Assembly: GCF_001194135.2 (NCBI RefSeq)
Contig: NC_068994.1
Coordinates: 39,657,949 to 39,721,948, forward strand
Direction of reading: 5' to 3'
DNA from: Octopus bimaculoides
Lineage: Eukaryota
Length of the DNA: 64,000 bases
In this document: one piece after another, positions 1 through 13,072 of the stretch
How positions within the stretch are numbered: the stretch's first letter is position 1
Layout of the letters: each line of letters opens with the position of its first letter
Made by a program: the position numbers and the translations under genes
The notes under the pieces: generated by a model
Seen by the model: only the letters and a program-made list of their open reading frames with translations
Database searches by the model: none
Told to the model about the DNA's origin: nothing

Positions 1-669
<669 letters not shown>

Positions 670-1173
670 NNNNNNNNNNNNNNNNNNNNNNNNNNNNNNN
701 NNNNNNNNNNNNNNNNNNNNNNNNNNNNNNNNNNNNNNNNNNNNNNNNNNNNNNNNNNNNNNNNNNNNNNNNNNNNNNNNNNNNNNNNNNNNNNNNNNNN
801 NNNNNNNNNNNNNNNNNNNNNNNNNNNNNNNNNNNNNNNNNNNNNNNNNNNNNNNNNNNNNNNNNNNNNNNNNNNNNNNNNNNNNNNNNNNNNNNNNNNN
901 NNNNNNNNNNNNNNNNNNNNNNNNNNNNNNNNNNNNNNNNNNNNNNNNNNNNNNNNNNNNNNNNNNNNNNNNNNNNNNNNNNNNNNNNNNNNNNNNNNNN
1001 NNNNNNNNNNNNNNNNNNNNNNNNNNNNNNNNNNNNNNNNNNNNNNNNNNNNNNNNNNNNNNNNNNNNNNNNNNNNNNNNNNNNNNNNNNNNNNNNNNNN
1101 NNNNNNNNNNNNNNNNNNNNNNNNNNNNNNNNNNNNNNNNNNNNNNNNNNNNNNNNNNNNNNNNNNNNNNNNN
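670..1173. other. Assembly gap. Other gaps: 6836-7269, 35957-36248, 49100-49109, 49690-49853, 50786-50795, 54817-54885
   Basis: Runs of N, most abutting (AT)n or poly-T tracts. They generate the long X-containing ORFs in the track. Confidence 0.99.
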
Positions 1174-2424
1174 ATATATATACATATATATATATACATA
1201 TATATATACATATATATTTATACTTTTTCAGCTCACCAACTTAAACATGCTGCCAAATAAATATATGTGGATGTTCAATAGTGTATTCCTGTCAGTTTTA
1301 AATTATACTGAGAAGCAGTTTCTTGTTAATATTTATTGTTAGTATTTTCTTTATTACAAATAATATTTTTCCTGACCTTCAACTATCCCATGTTTATGAA
1401 TTACCTCTGCACATTTGATAAAACTAAACATACAATACCAGTGCATTTCTTGCTAAACAGAGATGAATATTATATAGTGACTGATAGTGTCAGATCTATT
1501 ACAGCAAAATAGTTTGAACTAGTCTGTATATAATTGTGTTTCCAAAGAACATTTATGAGAGTTGTTATACTTTATTGTGTTTGCCGTGTGTAAAGTTGTC
1601 TTCCTTCATCCAACTATACTATTGGAATATGTGTGGTGTTCAGTTATGTAAATCCTAAATTTGAAAAGAAAAACATTTTTACAAACTGTTTGTGTATGAG
1701 TGTATGTGTGCATATAGATACGTGTGTCAGTGTGTGTTTATGTAAATGTGTGCATCAGTTAATATTCTGAAAGCAACAGAGTTTGTAAATTTTTAACTTT
1801 ACATAAGGAAAGTGGTCTAACAAAAGATAAACATGATACAACCTAGTAAAATATATACAAATATACTATAAACAGAAGAATTGTATAAAAAAATAAATAT
1901 AAACTGTAGAAAGACCCTACACAAACTTAGAATTATTTTTGTTTCTCATGATAATTTTATTCTATCATATCTTTATCGGAAGTAAAATAATTGTCAAGTT
2001 AAATTATATTAGAGAAAACAACTATAGTTGTCAGTGCTGTTAAAATAAATTCACAGCATTTTCAAAATAAACAGGTATTTTTCTTCCTTCACTTAAACTG
2101 TTCCCTTAGTTTCTGTCACTTTCTCACTTTTTATTTAAGCTCACCAACAAATATTTCTCACAAAACAGCATATATTTTATAACTATAAATTACAAATAAC
2201 AACAAGTTTAATTACAGGCAGTTCTATATTTAAATGTTATAGTTTAATAAATACTTTTTTAGATTGGAATAAAACTATTTAAAAAGAAGTGTAGTGGGTA
2301 AACAGGTGAAAAAATACTGTGTTTGAAAAGAAAATTTTATAAACATGCATCAAACTGCAAAAAAACATGCATCATATGTGTTAATAGTGAAAAGTTGCAA
2401 TATGAAAAACGATAGATTACTTAC

Positions 2425-2640
2425 TTGTTACAAATAAATCTTCTGCAGTCTGTTTTTACATGAAATGTGTATCCTGCTGTAGAGTTATACAGTTACTGCT
2501 GCTGTTGGTGTGAGTTGTGTGAATATGAGAGAGAGAGAGAGACCTGTAGTTTTACCATGTAGGGTGTGTGTGTAGTGTGTGTAACAGCCAATGACAGGCT
2601 GCCTAGAGGTCACATGAAAAGGAACCAAACCAATGTCTCT
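2425..2640 (-). promoter_or_regulatory. Candidate minus-strand promoter and non-coding first exon (exon ~2545 to 2425)
   Basis: CCAAT at 2588-2592 and 2630-2634, E-box GTCACATG at 2609-2616, a (CT)n leader on the minus strand, and donor AACAA|GTAAGT (intron starts 2424). No polypyrimidine acceptor lies upstream. Confidence 0.4.
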
Positions 2641-3229
2641 AATTTGAGCTGCTTACAACTTGAGCAGACAGAAATATGACTCACTTATTATCTTAGTGCT
2701 TAATTTTTTAACAAACTAAAAAAAAAAAAAGATAAGGTAAATTTCAATAGTCAAATTTTCAGTTATATTATGAAATATTTTTATCAAATAAAAATCATTT
2801 TCACTTCAACTAAAAGAAAACTATTAAGTGAGGAAGTAATGCTATTCACTAGCAAGTTGCATTCATAGTCTTAAACAAACATTTATAGGGTTTCAAAGTC
2901 CATGTAGTAAGGACACTACTGCTTGCTAATGCAATTTTATACAAAATTGATATAAAGAATTCACAATAACCATTTTATATCTGAGAGGAACGTTCCTGAA
3001 ATACAAATATGTTTCCCATTCAATAATCAATACCAGGGGAAGGAGTATTGATTTCTTCTTAGTATTGGATATGTTTTTCTTTTTTTAATATTTTTTTTTA
3101 TTCTGTCAAGTTGCAAAATCATTATTGAATTTTCTTCTAGACTTTTTTTTTTATCAAAACATGTGGAAAATATGCGAAAGAATACCAACTAATTAGAAAA
3201 TTAGAGAAAAGACACCAACATGATAAAAT

Positions 3230-3600
3230 TTTCTGAATAAACAATTGTGTAAAATGCAATTAAATTAATTGGAGAGAAAAATATGTTGTGTTGAGAAGTA
3301 TAGACAAAATATCTAGATTTATTGAACAGAATCTTTTTCATTGTATTCAATATTGCAAGCAGTGTGCCACGTTGCCATCGGCAGGTTTTCAATCAATATA
3401 ACAAGCTAACAAAAAGAAATGTTGGCTGAGCAAGGACCTTCTCACAGAGATGTCAATCATTTCAACGAATTTTTTTCGAAGCTGTCACTATATAAAATGA
3501 TTTGTGTTTTCATTTAAAGTTTGATATTGTATTTTTGACTGACGACGCCATTGAAACACAGAATCCTGTCTTAACTCTTATAATACAGAGCACTTTAAGA
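3230..3600 (+). mobile_element. Very degenerate Penelope-like element 3' end
   Basis: Frameshifted remnants KCN*INWREKY...LDLLNR...CHR resemble the C.LC..EKY..LLN..CRH end of PLE ORFs. A hammerhead-like relic follows at ~3535-3580. Confidence 0.3.
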
Positions 3601-5059
3601 AGAAATGGAAAACAGAATAATTTTTGTCTTCTTTTGAAAGAAGCAAATAATATTTTCTTTTATTAGTAAATAACTAAAGCCTTGTTGATGAATTAATGAA
3701 TAATTGAAATTAAAAGAAATAACACTTCTAAGATGATAATTTCATTGAACTGAAATAAAATTTTGGTCTCTTTTTACTTTAATTTTTTTCTTGTTCCTTC
3801 TTTTGTTTTTGGTTTTTGAATAGATTCTTTGTGGAATATGCAATGTATTTCAAAGGTTAAAGAGAAGTTAGCCCCAATGGTTTTAGATGTTTTCAATAAG
3901 GATTTCTTGATATTTCAATAAGAGTCTTGGATAAGTTAAGAGGAAGGATTCATTTTTGCATTGATGAACTTAAAAACATGCAAGTAATTTCATTCTGAAA
4001 TTGTTCCCAATACAAGCAAAAATTTTTTTTAAATCTCAAATTTTTTTAAATCTCAAAAAGCTGCTAGCCATGACTTAAATGCTACCAGTGAAAATTTTTA
4101 CCAATCAGTGTGAATGCAAGTAATACACATTGCTTTGTAACACTATTTAATTGTTCTTTTTTTGGAAATATTCTATAAGCCGAGTATTTAAAAACTTTTT
4201 TTCCTTGCCTGCAACTAGATAGGAATTTTCATGAGAGTTGTATTTTATTTATTTTTTTCTTAAAATTTTGAAAGATTTTGTGTAGATGTCCAGTAATTAA
4301 TATGAACGTTAGAATTCTTTGCCATCATAGCTGTCACTGTTGTCAGCATCACCCCATCATCCTCATCTTCATCACAACCAACACCACCTCTACCTCCATC
4401 ATTTCCAGATATTTTGGTAAAACAAACAGAGTATAAGTTTCCAAAATCATTACAGGTAGTATGTTGTGCTCCAAGATATACTTAATTTTACTTCCCTTAC
4501 AAAATAGTTCCCTTATTCTTAATGTAGAATGAAATCTACTTTTACAATTAATTAAGGACTGTAGTAGTAGCTGAAATATTAAAGTAAATAACAAAATGCT
4601 TTGATGTATTCAGTTGCATTCCTATTGGTTCATGGTTCAAACTTAACAGAGCTAATCATTGGAATTTTATCCCTGAATGGAACTCAGGCTATATCCTTCC
4701 AACTGGCTATATCCTTCCATTTAGAAAATAAAAATAAAATGGTCTTGTACTGAAGTAGTTGCTCAATCTGCCAGAATTAACAGCTAAATCTACCACATAT
4801 CACAGCCTACCAATAAACTTGAATGTGGAAAAGATGAATGAGATAGGCTAGTCCTAGATAGATACCCTTAAAAAGATAGAAGGATAAAAGTAGGAATGTA
4901 TTTTATGATAGGTCTGAGATCAGGATTTACTTGAGTGCAAACATGAACAATGACAACAACAAACATCATCATTTTTGCCAAGCATGTGTTCTAACTATAT
5001 CTTACTTTTTATATGTGTGTGTATGTGTATTTGAGTATGTGTATTTGAGTATGTGTATT

Positions 5060-5098
<39 letters not shown>

Positions 5099-5621
5099 GC
5101 ATGCACACATACACACACAGATATATAGTCAGTTAATGAAATCTAAAACACTACATTGGTTCTTGTTCTCAGTTGAAATACATATATCCTTAAGGATGAA
5201 TTTCTTGACATTTCCACCTCTAATAACTCCAAGACCTTATATGTTACCAAAAAGAAAAATTATTCATCGTGATGTCTATTGTTCTAGAGGCATGTCATGT
5301 GATGTGTACATGATGTGGTCTTTTTTTTTTATACTGTATGCATAGGCTCAGTTTCAGTTCCTAATTAGAATCATTGGAGTTGCTAACATATATCATTCAG
5401 AAAGACATGAATGGAATACCTTCTCCTTGTTTTATTTTATAGATGCTGTTATGGCTGTTGTTCAGATCTTCATTCACAACCATGCAGTCTTGGGTTCAAT
5501 TATCCTGTACACCACATTTGAGAAGATATTTCTATTGTAACCTCAGTTTGTCAACTACCTTGTGAACTGCATTTGACAGATGGAAACTGTGAAGAAGGTT
5601 GCTCTTGTGGCTATGTGTTTA

Positions 5622-5995
5622 CATGGCTGTGTGTTAAGAAGCTTGCTTCCCAGCCACATGGTTCTGAGTTCAGTCTTACTGCATGGTACCATGGGCAAGT
5701 GTCTCCTACTACAGCCTTAGGCTGACTAAAGCCTTGTGAGTGAATTTGGTAGACAGAATTTAAAAGAAGCCTGTTGTATATATGTATATATTTATGTCCT
5801 CCCACCATCACTACATGACAAACAGTGTCAGTGTGTTTACATTCCTGTAACTTAGTGGTTCATTAAAAAAGACTGATAGAATAAGTACTAGGCTTACAAA
5901 GAATAAGTCTGGGGGGGGGTCGATTTATTTGACTAAAAATCCTTTAAGGCAATGCTCCAGCATGGCTGCAGTCAAATGATTGAAACAAGTAAATG
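5622..5995 (+). mobile_element. tRNA-derived SINE, full-length copy of the main family
   Basis: A-box-like TGGCTGTGTG and B-box-like GAGTTCAGTC, internal (TA)n, then the tail AATAAGTACTAGGCTTACAAAGAATAAGTC...CTCCAGCATGG...GAAACAAGTAA, collinear with 63580-64000. Confidence 0.9.
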
Positions 5996-6784
5996 AATAA
6001 AAGAAAAAAATTTATTTGTTCATCAATCTTTTGTGCTGTGTGGGGGATGCCATGTGAGAGAATAGCCCCAACATTTCCTCTGCATGTTGTAAAAGGCAAC
6101 GAAAAGAGGTTGAGATAAGATTTACATTCTGGCCCCATAAAACTCTCACCAGTAATCACTAATCAAATAGACCCATGTACTGGAGGGTTGTTGCCTGAGT
6201 GGTGCAAAGGTGTCATCTGCCAGGAAAAAGGGAACCATCGACAAGTGACGGATATAGCAATGTGCTGTTATGGTGCACTTCCACTGCATGGCATCACGGA
6301 CAAGTCTCTTCTAATATAGCGCCACGTCAATCAGAGCTTTATGATTTGATTTGGTAGATACAGAAACTAATATATATATATATACATATATATCCTTTAT
6401 TTATTACTTTTCAGTCATTAGACTGCAGCTATGCGGTATATATGTATGTATACAGAAGTATGAATGTGTATATTATGTATCTGTATATACATACTAAGCA
6501 AAACTGGAGAATTAGTTCTGAAATTATTTAATTATGTAATTAAATAATTTCAGAACCATTTCTCCAGTTTTGTTTTTCTATGTGTGTACTCTGTGATGTT
6601 AGTAACCATGGAGGCCAGTAGTAGAAAAGTTTGACTAATACACAGGTGTTCTCTTCACAGCTTCACAGCTTTCTCTTTTGATGTATAGGGATGCACATAG
6701 AGTTTTAAATACTAGCTGTATGTCATGCAATTTAAATGGAAATATGCATATATATATTTACATCTACATATGTATGTATGTATG

Positions 6785-6835
<51 letters not shown>

Positions 6836-9479
6836 NNNNNNNNNNNNNNNNNNNNNNNNNNNNNNNNNNNNNNNNNNNNNNNNNNNNNNNNNNNNNNNNN
6901 NNNNNNNNNNNNNNNNNNNNNNNNNNNNNNNNNNNNNNNNNNNNNNNNNNNNNNNNNNNNNNNNNNNNNNNNNNNNNNNNNNNNNNNNNNNNNNNNNNNN
7001 NNNNNNNNNNNNNNNNNNNNNNNNNNNNNNNNNNNNNNNNNNNNNNNNNNNNNNNNNNNNNNNNNNNNNNNNNNNNNNNNNNNNNNNNNNNNNNNNNNNN
7101 NNNNNNNNNNNNNNNNNNNNNNNNNNNNNNNNNNNNNNNNNNNNNNNNNNNNNNNNNNNNNNNNNNNNNNNNNNNNNNNNNNNNNNNNNNNNNNNNNNNN
7201 NNNNNNNNNNNNNNNNNNNNNNNNNNNNNNNNNNNNNNNNNNNNNNNNNNNNNNNNNNNNNNNNNNNNNTATATATATATGTATATACACAATATATATA
7301 TATATTAACCATTTGTGTGTGTATATATACACGCACAATATATATTAAACATTTGTTAAACAAAGACTGATAAAAAAGATATCAGACTGAAATAAGAACT
7401 GGTACTGGAACCAATATTACCAGCTAAAAAAAAAACTTAGAAAGTGTCCCAGCATGGCCACAGTCTAATCACTGAAACCAGTAAAAGAATTAACCAAATT
7501 TGAGACTTCATGAAATAATTGCTGTTTTTAATATTGTCGTTCATGTTACTATTTTTAACATTCAAGAGTTGCTTGGCAAAACAGAAGAGATACAGACTAC
7601 GTGCTTCATTTCTCTTTGTTATGAGCTCAAATTCTCTTTGGGATAATATATATACATATATATGTGTGTGTGTGTGTGTGTGTTTGTGTGAGGCACATAC
7701 AAGGACTGATTAAATTAATTATGCACCTCTCTCCAGGAGGCTTTTTTGTAACAATATGACTAATTGTGATTAACCATACTAAACATTATAAAATTAGCAG
7801 TAAAAACTTCATCAATGGTGGTATTTCTTTCTCAATATCTATATTGTTTAGTGTAGGTTGGATGTTTGTGCAAATCTTAGGCAAATGTAAAAATTTGGTA
7901 GAGTATTTTCATTTCTGTTGCATTCAGCTTTGGCAATTATTTCAATGTTTGTATACAATCAATATGCTAACATATAGACTCTCAGTCTAGTTGCAATTGT
8001 GTAATGCACTTACACACACATGCACACATACACACACGTATGCACACATACACACACATGTGCATACATACACACACACACTAACAAACACTCAACACTC
8101 AAGTGCACATATAAGCTCACATACATGTATACACATACACACACAAACAAACAAAGAAACAAGCAAACAAATCATTTTGCTATATTTCTGACAGAACTGA
8201 TAAAAATATATAACTAAATAACAAATTATGAATTTCCCTACCTCTTAGAATAATAATAATAATAATAAAATAATACACCACAATAACAACAATAATATAG
8301 AAAAGCAAAAAAAAATCTTTGTTAAAAATTCTATACCGTCTTAATAGCAAGTAAGACATTAGAAAGATTCTGAAATAGGTATTTTCTAGCTTAGCACATC
8401 ACAAAAATGCCACAAACTGTGTTGCTTTCAATACTGTTTGTGGAAGATGTGTCATAAGGTTTTGACAGCAGCTTTTACCAGTCTCTCCCCTGCAATAAAA
8501 TTTTTATTTATATTTTATAATCAACTGCCATCATTTTTATATTTATTTACTTTTCTATGTTTTGTGTGACTTGTAAATATGCCAGAAAAGATTTGAAATT
8601 CTTAGCTCTGAAGTATTTTCAGCTACGGTTTAACTTTATTCTTGACTGATATATTGTAGAAAATTGTAATTATTCCTTACTCAGTACTTCGTAATTAAAT
8701 AAAAGTAATGAATTTCATTAAATAAGTTAAAAATAGATAAAATTATCACTGGTGTTATTTCAGTCTGCCAATTTCCATTAATTGGTCAGAAGCATATTAG
8801 TAACTCATGTAATTAAAAGAAAATCTCATCACGGGATCCAGGTATTATGTTCATTAAAATAGTCAAGAGCAATGGATAATGATATTTTAGGATATACATT
8901 AATTATGAGGGCATTGCTAAAAATATATAACTAGCAATGGCCTAATCTTCAGAAACTTGCTCATCTCCTTTCTTTCTCTGCTTTGCTTTATATTAAATTT
9001 CTTTGTAATGAATGCTGCTATGATGACTTTAAACAATTTTCAATTTGAATATCAAGCCAAACTAATATTACTAAAAATTAATCTCTAAACACTAGACACC
9101 ATGAAGGTGACTTTAAAATGCTCAGCATTGTTGTATTTCAAAATTCTTTATTTTCTATTGTACTACTATCTATTTTATTCTACAATAGAGTTAATAATCT
9201 TCTCATCTCAATATGAACTTAATGTATAAAAATAAATATCGCCTCAACATTAGCAGCAATAATTTTGGTTATAAAGATCAATTCTTCAAAAAATATTATC
9301 ATATTCATATACAATAAGTGATGAGTACTTATAATTGATACCAATAGAGTGTTTCCTCAAAATATGACAAAAACATTTCTTCAAAACCTTCCACAATAGA
9401 TACATCATGCAAATTATCCAAATAAATAAACAAAGTTTCTTGTTTAATAAACTATCAGACTAACTATAGCCCAAACCTT

Positions 9480-9720
9480 AGAATAAGCACCCAGATCTCT
9501 TTCATTAATATTGGTTTCAAATTTTGGCTCAATGCCAACAAGTTCGAGGGTGGGAGAAGTTGATTACATCGACCCCAGTAATTATTTTATCAACCCTGAA
9601 AGTATGAAAGGCAAAATCAACCCCAGCTGCATTTGAACTCAGCACATTCTTTTATTTAATATTACTGCCTGCTTCTTACAATTAGGAATCTCTGAATACA
9701 CACACACACACGTGTGTGTG
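9480..9720 (-). mobile_element. Degenerate SINE tail
   Basis: Reverse-complement similarity to the SINE tail (GATTACATCGACCCCAGT). Confidence 0.6.
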
Positions 9721-12700
9721 TGTCTGTGTGTGTGCACGCACGTGCGTGCATGTGTGTGTGTTTCCTTATATATATATAATGAAAGATTGGAAACAAACAA
9801 GCTTGACTTGTTTTTTCTGCTTAAAATCAATTCTGAATATATTTCACAGAAATGATGTCATTTACCCAAAGCAAATATCAGGCTAGACAAGAACAAGTAA
9901 GAATCTTACTCAACAACAATAAAAAAAATGTTAGTTTTTAAATTCTTGTCATTTATGATGCAGCATAAAAAATAAAACAAATAAGACTGCATTGATGTAT
10001 CAGTAATCAACTTGAATGTATTTCTCTCATTTGGTGACAAAAACATATCTAGATGAGACCTTATATTTGTGTTTACTGTTATTAGAATTGTCCAAAGCCA
10101 AGTGGTTATGACACAAGCCTCTCAGGCAGACATACTTAAAAATAACTATTCTGGTAGTTGTTAAACATAACACATTATCAATTAATTGCCAGAGAGATAC
10201 AAGCACCACAAGAGTGTAATAGAGAAAAAGAATTCTTACTCCAAAGTTTCTAAATGACCTTATATGTTTTAAAGGACAATATAAATATGCAGGATCATAT
10301 ATGTGTGTATTTAATGTGAATGTAAAATTACGTGTCATTAGAGCTTTTGCAGTAACTACAGTTGAAGGTAAATACTCTTTATTCCAAAAACTTGTGATAT
10401 TTAATTTCACTATATAACTAAATACATACAGATATGACTTCATACATTCATCACCTACACTGTTTTGGCACACTAATAATAGAATATACCACACACACAA
10501 ATAAACACACACATACACATAACATACATACATATACATACCACTCTCACTCACACACACAAATATGTACATTAATCTATATAGTGTACAATATTACAGA
10601 TCTATTTCTGTCTATCTTACCTATCAGTTTCACACATGAATTAGGTAATTAGATCATAACTTAACTCTGCACTTATCAGAGTGGTTGATATGGACAGTAT
10701 GGCAGCGGTTTTTTGAATCACTTAACACATCCACTCTATTGACAAATATACAGGTGTCTATTTTTTTGACATAGTTACTTGGACAACTCTCTCCCTCTCT
10801 CTATATATATATGTGTGTGTATGTGTATGTGTGTGTGTTTGTGTGTGTATATACATGTATACATATGCATATAAATATATACATATGTGCATATTGCTAG
10901 TGATACTACTGCTAACTAATTGCTGTAATGACTATGACCAATTTGAAACTAAAAACATAATACTTTAGTTTCATTTCATATGGAACATTTACAAAACCAT
11001 TGCAGGCCTCAACGACAGAAGAATATTTTGAACAAGTAACAAACCTATAACCAAATATATATTTAGCATTATCTACTACTTTACAAAGATTAAACAGAGT
11101 AAAATTTATATGACTTTTAAAATGACCTAGGAGTTTATTGTTTAACTAAACAGTCCCGATTGAGACCTATTTTTCTTTTTAATAACAACAGACTAAACCT
11201 ATATGATTTAGTAGCTGACAAAAAAACTAATCGTTGATAAAAATTGGAACTTCTGATTAAATTCCTTAATTAACACACAGCACTAATTAATTACATTACT
11301 CTTAAATAAAAATAAATCATGTATAATCAATTAATGATATCAGTGTGAATATATAGTAATTAATCTAAATAAAAGCAATATGAATGGTAGGTACATCACA
11401 TTGTTATAAGCCTAAAAAATAATTATGAACTCCCCAGTTTCATAACAAGTATAGAGGAAAATGAGACTTGTTTTGTTAAAGAGATAGAAAATATTATACG
11501 TTTTATATACTGAAAAATTCCATAGAAAACTGTGTTAGTCGATGACAAGTTTTAATAGAAAATAAATTAGATATCTGTAAACAGAAATATACATACAATA
11601 ATATTTGCTTCAAAAAGAATTTGGTATGTACAAAGTAAAAAAATGAAAGGTTTGCAATTTCCTAAAAATTTGTTTCTCAAAATAAACTACAGAGAAATTC
11701 AGTATCTAGAAATGATGTTATGCAAACAGAAGTAACAGTAGTTTGGTAAATGATATCAAAAGAATGGCAACATTAAATCAAATTTAGAGTAAAAAAAAAA
11801 TACAATCACAGAATATATTCAATTTGAATATCAGTCATATGAAAATAAAAATCCAGGAAAGCAAAAGAAAAAAAAAAAGAAGAAAAAAGACAGCAATAAC
11901 ATCTATTGTAATATAACATTGAAGAATTTTCACATTAAAGAATAGTCATTGTTTTGTTTTTAGTTCAGTTTTATATCTGGTTTTATCCCTGTAATATCGG
12001 TAATGGTTGGAAATTCAAAGCAAGCTATGCATTGATGGTAAGCTTATCAAATGTCATTCTTTTAAGATATATTATAAAATATGACAGTTTGGTAAGGTAT
12101 TACCAAACTGTCATGTTTTATTGTGTTGAATTATTTTCAGAAAAATCATGTAGAACCCCTTTTGACTATGGCGTTGTAATACTGAGGTAAAATTAAGAAA
12201 ATAATTAAGTTCTTTGCTATGCTTCTTAACCTAGTATTTAAAATTATAGTTAGCCCTTCTTCATAAGCAATATATTAAAAATATTTTAAATTTCAAACAT
12301 ACTTTTTTATTTTATATTTTTTACCAAATCAACCGAAACATTCTTTTAACTTTAACTCTGTATTTTAATAAGTTGACTTTTAGCAATCTTTAAGAATCGA
12401 AATCAAATTAAAAACAAACAACTGCTAAATAGTAATTATTTGAACAATCTTATTTCCAATTTTTCAAAGAAATGTTATGATGTAGCACTTTAAAATTATG
12501 TTATTGATTCAAGAATATTGTCTGCATTTTATGTTGTATTTTTAACATAGGGAGTGGGGAATTTATATATGAAAAAATGCTTTGGCAATCACCGTATGTC
12601 ACATAGATGAATTTTGCTCTCCGTGTATGAATGTAATATCAAGTGTGTTTCATTTTAAGATTGATTTCCTATATGAAAAATTACCTTTTTTTATTTTTAC

Positions 12701-12966
12701 ACTCTTTTTTCTTTCACTTTGGCAGTCACTGTTTGATATGCTATTTTAAAGTTAACCAAAACTCTGCCGGGAAGTACCTACATTAAGATTTAGGAATATG
12801 GTGAATCGGTACAGCAGGTAGTGGTTTGGAATATGATGTAAAACTGTTTCTTGTTGGTAGATTCCATATCTGTAGTTTTGTGTTAGTGTCATTACTACAG
12901 ACTTGAGATGATTTCAAATCAATAATATCATTGCAATGAGAATTTTGACCCATTTTATATTTGTAG

Positions 12967-13005
12967 GAAGTTCTGGTAGTGCCACCACTAGTATTCTTTG
13001 CCCTA
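12967..13005 (+). other. Candidate 39-nt plus-strand exon (phase 1: GSSGSATTSILCP)
   Basis: TTTTATATTTGTAG| acceptor and CTA|GTGAGT donor. No other linked plus-strand exons were established. Confidence 0.2.
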
Positions 13006-13033
13006 GTGAGTGTTTGTTTTAAAGACCTCCTAC

Positions 13034-13072
13034 CTGTAGTCGGAAGCAGCTCTGGCTGGCAAATCTTAGCGC
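13034..13072 (-). CDS. Candidate 39-nt coding microexon (phase 1-1: GAKICQPELLPTT) of an unidentified minus-strand gene
   Basis: Long pyrimidine tract TTCTTCTTTTTCTTCTCATCTTTGCTTTTCTTCAG|, donor TACAG|GTAGGA, ~56% GC in AT-rich flanks, and phase matches the 21425-21584 exon. Confidence 0.45.

Noticed and set aside
12177-12191. TAATACTGAGGTAAA, resembling miR-8
   Set aside because: It lacks two internal bases and has no star arm.
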